A stretch of DNA of 64,000 bases. Origin: a virus. Lineage: Duplodnaviria > Caudoviricetes. Under the pieces are notes generated by a model, which did no database searches, was not told the origin of the DNA, and saw only the letters and a list, made by a program, of their open reading frames with translations. The stretch covers positions 1 to 64,000 of the IMG/VR virus record IMGVR_UViG_3300020577_007133. One strand, 5' to 3'. This document shows positions 27,306 to 35,748 of this stretch, piece by piece; the stretch's first letter is position 1, and each line of letters begins with the position of its first letter. Position numbers and translations under genes: made by a program.

Positions 27306-27647
27306 ATGGGTTTTGAAGTTAAAAAAAACGATAATAATGAATATCAATTAATCTGTACGATTAGTGATGAATCATATCATCCGGAGAAAGAATGGATTTC
27401 TGAAGATGAATGTAAAAAAATATTAATCGAACAAGCTTGTTGGAAGTTCGTTGAAAAAACTCTTGAGATTGATAGTTGTTTCCCAAAAGATTATTATATT
27501 AACGGAGTAAAAGATTATTCAATTAATCCTAAATCAGATTTTTTAAGATGGTGGTTGGATAATGCTTATGGTGAAAACTCCGATAAAATAATCACAGAAA
27601 GATTTGAAGAAATTAGTAACCGTCTAAAATTAGACATCAAATTATAA
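27306..27647 (+). CDS. hypothetical protein
   Basis: ATG at 27306. Confidence 0.65.
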   Translation: MGFEVKKNDNNEYQLICTISDESYHPEKEWISEDECKKILIEQACWKFVEKTLEIDSCFPKDYYINGVKDYSINPKSDFLRWWLDNAYGENSDKIITERFEEISNRLKLDIKL

Positions 27648-27807
27648 AAACTATGTTATTATTAATATTACAATTCGGATTAATGGGTTTAAACCTTTAT
27701 TTCGCAAAAGAACAAACTAAACAAGGTAGAAACCCTGGATTTCAATATTTCGTTGCCGGAATGTGTTTTTTAGGCGGAATTCACGCACTAATCAATTTAT
27801 TATCGTA

Positions 27808-28314
27808 ATGAAAAGAGTTTTTATCACACTATTATTATTGATATCATTCCACACCACGTATTCTCAAAATAGAAAAGTGGTAATTGATAGGTGTATCAAT
27901 AAATCCGAGATTTTAGGTCCGATTGGTGTGATATGTTCAAACGATACCAAAACAAAATGGTTCACATTAACACCTACCTATAGATTAGATGGAACTCGTC
28001 TAACTTGTGATGGATTTAATGTTATAAGAATGGGTATTGGTAGTTTAAGTAAAGAAGACCAATTATTCTTCTCATTTAAAGATGGTAATAAATTACGATT
28101 AGAATCCGGAGGTGAATTATCATCAGACCATACGGTTTATTTTAAATTAACTGAATTGGAATTTACTATTTTGAAAACTAAAGAAATTGATACCGTTAGA
28201 TATATAAATGGAAACGATTTCAGCTCATTTCAGTATAAAATGGTTGATGATGAGAAAAGATTTTTTATAGATTTATTTACTAATTATTACATCCGAGATG
28301 TATATTGTGAATAA
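27808..28314 (+). CDS. secreted hypothetical protein
   Basis: Signal peptide MKRVFITLLLLISFHTTYS-Q. Confidence 0.7.
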   Translation: MKRVFITLLLLISFHTTYSQNRKVVIDRCINKSEILGPIGVICSNDTKTKWFTLTPTYRLDGTRLTCDGFNVIRMGIGSLSKEDQLFFSFKDGNKLRLESGGELSSDHTVYFKLTELEFTILKTKEIDTVRYINGNDFSSFQYKMVDDEKRFFIDLFTNYYIRDVYCE

Positions 28315-28643
28315 ATAAAAAAAAATAAAAAAAAAGTTTGGCAGTTACAAAAATATGTCTTACTTTTGTCCAAGAATTACACATCATACTAAAAATATAA
28401 TTCGGGGGTACCATAAATATGAGTACAGTAGTCAATCATCCCGGTGAGACAGATGATAAGTAATTCTCAAAAAAAAATGTTAAAATGTTTGACAGATTAA
28501 AATAAATGTCTTACCTTTGTACAACAAATCACGGGTGGCTCCCTTAATAGTTAAGGCTGACCTTAAACATCCGACGAATGTCTATACAGGGGGCGAAAGT
28601 GATTTTAAGTTCTTAAAAATATTGAAAAAATATTGAAAAAATA

Positions 28644-28728
28644 GGTGAGTGTTGTGTCGCCGGTTCGATTCCGTCCTTGTGTATCTTGATGAAAAGCAAG
28701 TAGCTCAGTGTTAGAGCATACACTCACT
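28644..28728 (+). ncRNA. circularly permuted tRNA mimic (YrlA/Y-RNA-like)
   Basis: Terminal stem GGTGAGTGT/ACACTCACT, then T arm, loop-closed acceptor CTTG/CAAG, then D arm GCTC-AGTGTTA-GAGC. Confidence 0.75.
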
Positions 28729-28889
28729 AAAACATATTCTAACTAAAAGTCTAGGTCCGTAGGGCTGTGATGGTATGTGAGGAAAGTGACTACGGGACAA
28801 ACATACAACTGTACGAAATAAAGCAGAGGTCCTTCGCATTTAATGTGTTACTGAAAAATGTAACCGCCATAACAAGTTAGAATTAAATA

Positions 28890-28980
28890 GGTATTGTAGC
28901 TCAGTGGAAGATTTATCTCCCTTGGTAGAGCAGGAGTTTTGAAAGGCTCTGTGCCGCAGGTTCGAATCCCGCCGATACCA
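28890..28980 (+). tRNA. atypical tRNA-Phe-like (8-nt anticodon loop, expanded D loop)
   Basis: GGTATTG/CGATACC; GGAGT-TTTGAAAG-GCTCT; extra hairpin within D loop. Confidence 0.6.
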
Positions 28981-29401
28981 CAAAATGTGTTGACCCGTAA
29001 GGGTTAGTGATGAAATCCCGATTGGTTCTTAACCGAACCTTTAAGTCGTTAAAGTAGTCGAATTCTATTAGGAATAGTGGGAAATCCACGGCAATACCGG
29101 TAATGCCATTGGTCTTTTAGAACAACACAAAATGTGAATACCTCCCAAAACATTCTAAGTTATATTTGAAGGAGAGAGATGAACTTAGAGTATTCACATA
29201 ATTTATTAGTTAATAGGGTTAATCAGGCAAAAATGGTTAACAAAAAAAAGGAGTGATGCTCGACACCTAAAGACTAATAAAAAAAAATAAAAAAAGTTTG
29301 GCAGATTAAAATATTTGTTTTACCTTTGTCGAACAATTCAGGAGTAGCAGACACTACATAAAAATTGGCCGAATGTCATCGATACCAAAACCTGAATTAA
29401 A

Positions 29402-29460
29402 TTTTGAGAAATAGGTTGACCGGAGTCGTAAAACGTTGTATAGTTTTCCTCTTCTCAAAA
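29402..29460 (+). ncRNA. Small three-way-junction RNA motif, copy 2
   Basis: Same core as 444-492. Confidence 0.55.
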
Positions 29461-29554
29461 AAAATAAAAAAAGTTACACAAAGTGCTTGACAAATGAAAA
29501 AAATGTCGTATCTTTGTACAACAATTGAGGATTACCTCAGACGTTCTTAAAAAT

Positions 29555-30450
29555 TTTGGATTATCCATCAGGAAGTTGATGATGAGACCCTCGGGTTGAT
29601 TCTGAGATAACTGAAAAACGATAATTGGCGGTATATCGTCATTAAATAAACCGGGAAACCGGGATTAAAGTGGAACCATCAGTGTTATTGGTTCTGCGGC
29701 TTCTGAAAAGGAGCTCGAGTATACAAGTCGGATATCACCTGACCTTCAGTATTGAGGGCAACGCTTTAGAGAAAGTGGTTGGGTGACCGGGCGATGTGGG
29801 TCGTCAGGTTGAGATGGGAACATCAATAAGAATAACCGATAGGAATCAAGTAAGAAATAGGGTCATCCAACCTTATAATTGCGGGTTCCAATATCAGAGG
29901 GGACTTAAAACCGAAAGGTATGATAGAGAACGAGTGGTGTCGCTACTATCCTTACGAAACATCTACCAAGGTGTCAGTTTGAAGTAATCTTAAAATATGA
30001 GAGTGGGGACACTCTACCGAGTAGATTAGTATTTTGTTGTTCAAAAGATAACGAAGCTTATGACAGACCTCTACTTGGACACATCCACAACACAGACATT
30101 TTATAACTTTACACAGGAAAATGTAAAAATTATACTAAATATAGATATAAAAGCAAAAGTGTCTGTCAGGTATCATCGACAAGGTGACTACATAGTAACG
30201 AGCTGTTCGTTGCACAGGATGACCGCAAGTCTGAATGTATTCTTACGAAAAACCTCTAAGGAGTCGAATCCCGAGTCAGTCCGCAAGATTGAAGAGAGTT
30301 GAATAATAAGAGAGTAGATGATATCTCAAGGAGTAATTGGTCTAACCAATTGTCACTGAGGATTACCACTCAAAAGGTGGTGGAAACGAAGGGAACAAAT
30401 AATCCTTCTAAAGATTCTCAATAAGACGAGTATTCTCATCGTATTAAGCC
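29555..30450 (+). ncRNA. large structured ncRNA of about 900 nt (GOLLD-like)
   Basis: No credible ORF, GC-richer, many GNRA-type hairpins, own promoter plus boxA and terminator; family name not verified. Confidence 0.6.
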
Positions 30451-30483
30451 AAAAGGTGTTACAGAAATGTAACACCTTTTTTT
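30451..30483. terminator. bidirectional terminator
   Basis: AAAAGGTGTTACA-GAAA-TGTAACACCTTTT. Confidence 0.85.
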
Positions 30484-30485
30484 GT

Positions 30486-31070
30486 TTATAATATTTTATT
30501 TGATTTTTTCAAATTATCTTCAGACCATAATGGTTGTAAGTTTGTATAATGACAAAGTTTAATAATTTCATCTTTATTTTTACCTAATGATAATGGTATT
30601 TTATGGTCAATATGCCATCCAAAAACACCATAATTTTCCCAAGTCATACCATTAGTAAATAATGTTTCGATATGGTTTTTTAATTCTTCCGGAGTACATC
30701 CAATAATTTCAAATGTTGTATTTTCTGATAATAAGTATTGTTTAGTTCGAACTCTCATATTTTGTCTTAATTTATATAAGATGTCATTATTTCTTTTTAC
30801 TTTTTTATAATTGGTGTCTCGATTTCTAATTTTTTCAATATTATCTTGTCTATAGTCTTTATGAGTTTTAAGTATATGTTCTTTATTTTCAATGTAGTAT
30901 ATTTTTTTTTCTTCTAAAATTTTATCACGTTTTAATTGATAATTTTTTTTAGAATAATTTCTATTACATTTTTTACAAATACTTTTCAATCCGGATAAGT
31001 ATCTATCATCTTTTCCAAACTCACAAACTTCTTTTTCTTCTTTACATTTACTACAAACCTTTTTTTCCAT
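30486..31070 (-). CDS. HNH-type endonuclease
   Basis: CSKC..CKKC; MTWENYG..WHIDHKIP..HYTNLQPLW..N. Confidence 0.85.
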   Translation of the reverse strand: MEKKVCSKCKEEKEVCEFGKDDRYLSGLKSICKKCNRNYSKKNYQLKRDKILEEKKIYYIENKEHILKTHKDYRQDNIEKIRNRDTNYKKVKRNNDILYKLRQNMRVRTKQYLLSENTTFEIIGCTPEELKNHIETLFTNGMTWENYGVFGWHIDHKIPLSLGKNKDEIIKLCHYTNLQPLWSEDNLKKSNKIL

Positions 31071-31203
31071 AATGTTCTTTTAATAATGTTTCAATCAGGC
31101 GAGATTTGTTAATCATCTCATCTTCCATTTTTTTGTAAATAACCGGGTCAACACAGATTCCAAATTTTACTTTTTTATCTTCTTCTTTTTTTCTTGGGTT
31201 CAT
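31051..31203 (-). CDS. small ribbon-helix-helix-like protein (50 aa)
   Basis: MNPRKKEEDKKVKFGICVDPVIYKKM..INKSRLIETLLKEH; late motif upstream. Confidence 0.6.
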   Translation of the reverse strand: MNPRKKEEDKKVKFGICVDPVIYKKMEDEMINKSRLIETLLKEHYGKKGL

Positions 31204-31297
31204 AATATCTCTTTATTATAAATATCTCAAAAAATCTAAAAAGTCAGAATATTTGAAAATATTTTGTAAATTAAAATTAATGTTATATCTTTGTCCT

Positions 31298-31573
31298 ATG
31301 AAAGTAAAAATGTCAGATAGTTGGGAAAGAAAATTCACGAATAAGTTTCGTGAAAGAAAAGTGTTGTCCATATTACCATTTATTGTTGTAAGTGGTTTGA
31401 AGGGTGATTTCCATTGGACAGGTAAATGGTTTAAGTATGCAACAATACTTGAAGAAAAAGTCAAAGACCGTTATTTGGAGTTTGACGATGGATGGTCGTA
31501 CTGTCATTATTGGGGTCGATGGAGAACTAGTTGGGTAATGTTAAAATTTGTGGAAGATGAAAAAATCAGTTAG
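31298..31573 (+). CDS. hypothetical protein
   Basis: ORF after promoter. Confidence 0.55.
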   Translation: MKVKMSDSWERKFTNKFRERKVLSILPFIVVSGLKGDFHWTGKWFKYATILEEKVKDRYLEFDDGWSYCHYWGRWRTSWVMLKFVEDEKIS

Positions 31574-31991
31574 TATAGTAAATAAGAAAGCCAAGTTTGA
31601 GTACGAGTTTCTCCAAACAGAAACTTGTGGAATCCAACTAGTAGGTTCTGAAGTTAAGTCAATCAGGGGTGGTAAGGCATCCATCTCCGAGGGTTATTGT
31701 TATTTCAATAATGGTGAGTTATTTGTTAAAGGAATGAACATCTCAGATTATGGGTTTGGTTCTTCTCACGATACAACTCGGGACCGAAAACTGTTACTTA
31801 AACGAAAAGAGTTAAACAACTTGGAGAATCAACTCACAAACGGTTTAACCATCATCCCATACCGATTATTCCTGAACGATAAAGGATTGATTAAAATGGA
31901 GATTGCTTTAGCACGTGGTAAAAAACTCTACGATAAAAGAGAGACGATTAAGAACCGGGACATTGACCGGGATATGAAAAGAGGTATTTAA
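31557..31991 (+). CDS. smpB: SsrA-binding protein SmpB
   Basis: NKKAKFEYEF..GSEVKSIR..RKLLL..ARGKKLYDKRE. Confidence 0.95.
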   Translation: MKKSVSIVNKKAKFEYEFLQTETCGIQLVGSEVKSIRGGKASISEGYCYFNNGELFVKGMNISDYGFGSSHDTTRDRKLLLKRKELNNLENQLTNGLTIIPYRLFLNDKGLIKMEIALARGKKLYDKRETIKNRDIDRDMKRGI

Positions 31992-32057
31992 TTACCTCTT
32001 TTTTTGTTTATATTTATACCATCAGTTCAAATAAACAAATTAAAAAACACAGAAATT

Positions 32058-32417
32058 ATGGTAGATTTAACATCGTTCATTATGGGTATAGTTTTGGTTC
32101 TCGGGGTACTGGGAGTTGGGGTTGTGGTTATGATGTACATTCAAATTAACAGATTAAAAAGAAAATGTGCTCAATTGGAACAAGTTCAGGGACATATTTT
32201 TACAGAAATAAATAGAACAGGTGATGACCTACATCGTCGTATTGATGGTGAGATTGGTAGAACTGATAAAATGTATGAAGAAACTAATCGATACGTCAAT
32301 GGAAGAATTGATAGTGTATACAAAGATATTGAAGAGGTATATAGAAATATGGATTCTAGATTAGATAGATTAACAAATAAATTAAATCCGGCAAAAAAGG
32401 ATTTATTACAAGATTAA
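32058..32417 (+). CDS. membrane-anchored coiled-coil protein
   Basis: N-terminal TM then heptad-rich tail. Confidence 0.65.
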   Translation: MVDLTSFIMGIVLVLGVLGVGVVVMMYIQINRLKRKCAQLEQVQGHIFTEINRTGDDLHRRIDGEIGRTDKMYEETNRYVNGRIDSVYKDIEEVYRNMDSRLDRLTNKLNPAKKDLLQD

Positions 32418-32473
32418 AAAATAAACATTGAACTGATAACAAAAAAACCCATCGTAATGATGGGTTTTTCTTT

Positions 32474-32868
32474 TGGTGGAGATGAGGGGAATCGAACCCC
32501 TTTCTTGCATACCTTAAAAATTAAGGACTACACGCTTAGGACATTGTTTAGCTAACAATCCGAAATTTCACAATTCCCTTATTTTTTAAGTGGTTCGGTT
32601 TACTGAGAACTAATCTTCCACTCGTACCTTTTCGGGTAGGTACCACACCTTTGTAGAGACTTCTGTTGCAAGGTTATATGTCCATCGACCCCGTGTTGTG
32701 TTTCCGCTTAGGCTACTACAACTTCCTCAGCACGGATTAAACCGATAGCTGACATTTTGTCTAAAATGTTGCCATTTATAGTTTTGTTACTCATAGATTT
32801 AAGTGATAGAGAACATCTCACTGCGTGCCCCGAATGATTAACAATACCAATCAATACCGGTCATCCCC
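32474..32868 (-). ncRNA. ssrA: tmRNA; tag (A)GNILDKMSAIGLIRAEEVVVA at 32773-32708
   Basis: 5' GGGGATGACCGG..; 3' GGGGTTCGATTCCCCTCATCTCCACCA with G3:U70; ATAAAT-GGC resume codon; next to smpB. Confidence 0.92.
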
Positions 32869-32945
32869 TTATTATTATGGTACAAAGATAATACAAAAAA
32901 TTGAAAAACCAAATTTTTTTTATATTTATTTAAAAATAAATATCT

Positions 32946-34328
32946 ATGCCTAACGAAAACGACAACCACGGAGAATCAAGAATCATTTTCGAAGATTATG
33001 ATTGGTTAATTGTGAACCCTTTAGATTACGAATCTTACGTATATCACGCTCCGGAAAATATGAAATCAAGGTTTGGTGAATTTAGAGATGGGTATATTTA
33101 TTTTATCGTGGATAAAAATAATAATGCAACATATGCGGGTGGATTCAAAACCTATATGATGTATTTGGATGATGACGTTACGCAATATTATAATTGGAAT
33201 GGTAAAGATATAAAAAACAAAAAAACATTCGTTGAAGATTTTCCCGATGAGATAATTAAACAAATAAATAATATTCTTGGTAATAGTGAATTATATGAGT
33301 TATTGGTAAAAATAGTTTCAGGTCGTACAGTCGGTCCGTATGAAATGAAAAACTCCGATGACCTAATTACTAAGTTCACATATAACGAATCAAATCCGGG
33401 TAAAAGTTTAATTCGATTAACCTTTTATGATACTGATGACTTCTTTAAGATTTTCAACATAGATGAAAATGATAAATGGTTTGTTGATAGAATGTTTAGT
33501 AGTTATGATAGTTATGATTTTTATGATAGTCACCACGCATATGAAGAATGGAAACAAGGATATATTATTGATGGTTTTAATGATGAAAATCTTCAAAAGT
33601 TTAAAGAAATTGTTAGTTTAGTTGCACCCCAATATAGTAATTTAAATGACGAGGATACCAAAGTAAAAGCGGCAGAATTAATGGATGAGATGTTTAGTGA
33701 AATTAGTGATATATATGATGATTGGGTAACTGAGTACAACTATTGTTTAAATCGTGGTGGTGTTGAATGGATTCAATCTGATTTATGTGGTATTTTTAGT
33801 AATTATGGTTTAGTGGAAAAAGAATGTATGAAAGAATATCTAACCACCGCACGTATTTTATTATCATTATATAATCAGGTTAAAGATAGTACTTTAACGT
33901 TAACCGAATTGTTAAGTGAGTTAGTTAAAGATAAAGACATTGGAGGGTGGGATGAACATATGTTTGAAGTTGATTGTGTTGATTTTGATGATGATTCGTT
34001 TCAAACATACGTAACAAACAGATTGGAAAAAATTTATGATAGATTGGAAGATGATGAGAACTTTGTTAACGTTTCAGAATATTCTAGATTATATCAAGGA
34101 ATAACTTCAAAATATAAGATAGATACTAACTATAAAACTAAATACGGAAAATCTTTTAAAATTATAAAAATAAACCCGGTGGATAATAAAATTCACGTTG
34201 CGGTTGATATGGGAGGTGGTAAAGGACAAGAAAGAAGTTATACCGAAGATGAATTTAATAACTTTTTAGTTTCTCCGGAATTATTTGAAAATAAAAAAAT
34301 TCGTAAAAAAACATTAACATTCAAATAA
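32946..34328 (+). CDS. acidic hypothetical late protein
   Basis: 460-aa ORF; late motif upstream. Confidence 0.75.
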   Translation: MPNENDNHGESRIIFEDYDWLIVNPLDYESYVYHAPENMKSRFGEFRDGYIYFIVDKNNNATYAGGFKTYMMYLDDDVTQYYNWNGKDIKNKKTFVEDFPDEIIKQINNILGNSELYELLVKIVSGRTVGPYEMKNSDDLITKFTYNESNPGKSLIRLTFYDTDDFFKIFNIDENDKWFVDRMFSSYDSYDFYDSHHAYEEWKQGYIIDGFNDENLQKFKEIVSLVAPQYSNLNDEDTKVKAAELMDEMFSEISDIYDDWVTEYNYCLNRGGVEWIQSDLCGIFSNYGLVEKECMKEYLTTARILLSLYNQVKDSTLTLTELLSELVKDKDIGGWDEHMFEVDCVDFDDDSFQTYVTNRLEKIYDRLEDDENFVNVSEYSRLYQGITSKYKIDTNYKTKYGKSFKIIKINPVDNKIHVAVDMGGGKGQERSYTEDEFNNFLVSPELFENKKIRKKTLTFK

Positions 34329-34347
34329 TTTGTTGTATCTTTGCCTA

Positions 34348-35166
34348 ATGGAAAGAGCTTATCAATTATTAAAAGATGTTTTGTCGGTTCCGACTAAAAC
34401 ATATCAAGAAACCTTTATGGTTGAATTTCTAATCAATTGGTTAGAGGAAAATGGGATTCCTTTTAATGTGGATGAACATCAAAATATTTACGCAATAAAA
34501 CAAACCGATGAGTTTGTGGATTACTTCCCTTGTGTAATTGCTCATACGGACACGGTACATTCAATAGATAATATTATCGTAAAAGAAGAGACATTACCAA
34601 ATGAACAGGGTGTGATTAAACCATCCTTAAAAGCGTATAATCATTTAGGTAACCCAACCGGAATTGGTGGTGATGATAAATGTGGTATTTATGCTTGTTT
34701 AGAATTACTGAAAGAATTACCTAATCTAAAAGCCGCTTTTTTTGTGTCTGAAGAAACCGGATGTCACGGTTCTAAAAAGGCTGACCCAAATTTCTTCATC
34801 AATGTTGGATATGGAATTCAATTTGACGCTCCCGGGAATACTATGGTAACCGAATACTGTATGGGTACTAAATTGTTCGATAGAGATAGTGATTTCTTCA
34901 AAACTTGTGATGAGATATTAAATGAATGTTTCATTAGTACTCCGGTATATCATTCCAATCCATATACCGATGTATATGCGTTAAAAAATAGTTTTGATTT
35001 TGCTTGTATAAATTTTGCAATCGGATATTATAACTATCACACTCCACGAGAATATGTTGTAGTTGAAGACGTTTATAATGGAATCAAAACCGGTAAAAAA
35101 ATGATTGAGAAATTAGGTAATAAAAAATATCATTATATCGCGGAAACAAAATATAGATTGTTTTAA
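34348..35166 (+). CDS. M20/M28-family zinc peptidase
   Basis: HTDTVH, GGDDKCG, EETG, D, YH ligands. Confidence 0.85.
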   Translation: MERAYQLLKDVLSVPTKTYQETFMVEFLINWLEENGIPFNVDEHQNIYAIKQTDEFVDYFPCVIAHTDTVHSIDNIIVKEETLPNEQGVIKPSLKAYNHLGNPTGIGGDDKCGIYACLELLKELPNLKAAFFVSEETGCHGSKKADPNFFINVGYGIQFDAPGNTMVTEYCMGTKLFDRDSDFFKTCDEILNECFISTPVYHSNPYTDVYALKNSFDFACINFAIGYYNYHTPREYVVVEDVYNGIKTGKKMIEKLGNKKYHYIAETKYRLF

Positions 35167-35218
35167 AGAGACTTCGGTCTCTTTTTTTATTATAAGATAT
35201 TTATAAATAAAATATTTT

Positions 35219-35737
35219 ATGAAAAACTTATTTATTATATCCGAAGAAGAAAAGGAAAGAATTTTAAATATTCACGAAAGTGCAACAAAACGCCAATATC
35301 TAAAGGAAGAGGTAGTGACGATAACTGATAACGATAAAAATTATGATTATCAAAAAAATGGTCAGACATATTTTTTTAGAGTTAAACCTACAGCAACAGA
35401 TAAAAGAGCATTAAAATATAAAGATGGTAATTGGCACCAAGCAACCTTTGGTGCGATTAATGCAATTAAAGCCCTTTTTGATAAAAAACCAATGGGGACT
35501 CAAAAACAAGCTCAACCACAACAAAAACAAGTTCAACCACAACAGAAACAAGTTCAACCACAACAGAAACCAGTAACACCGACAACACCATCAGACGCAG
35601 CGGTTAAAACGGCCACAACAAGTCAACAAACAATACCACAAACTATTAAATCACCGGATAATACTCAAACTCAAAATAAAGAACAATCAGGAGGTAGTAG
35701 TTTTTCAGAAACAGATTTAAATAATATAATAGCATAA
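35219..35737 (+). CDS. MKNLFIISEEEK-family protein with Q/P/T-rich tail
   Basis: Same leader as the 7657-9082 paralogs. Confidence 0.7.
   Translation: MKNLFIISEEEKERILNIHESATKRQYLKEEVVTITDNDKNYDYQKNGQTYFFRVKPTATDKRALKYKDGNWHQATFGAINAIKALFDKKPMGTQKQAQPQQKQVQPQQKQVQPQQKPVTPTTPSDAAVKTATTSQQTIPQTIKSPDNTQTQNKEQSGGSSFSETDLNNIIA
35501..35563 (+). repeat. 21-bp coding tandem repeat (QKQVQPQ x3)
   Basis: Direct reading. Confidence 0.8.
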
Positions 35738-35748
35738 AAAAAGGGGGA

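Noticed and set aside
28736-28883. RNase P RNA (GAGGAAAGTG)
   Set aside because: Motif is not GAGGAAAGTCC, no matching 3' P4 strand, and the unit is only about 150 nt.
29005-29110. Hammerhead ribozyme (TGATGA..GAAA)
   Set aside because: Lacks C of CUGAUGA and the stems do not fit the core geometry.
29796-30302. ORFs 29796-29987 and 30060-30302
   Set aside because: They lie inside the large structured RNA and lack phage-like composition.
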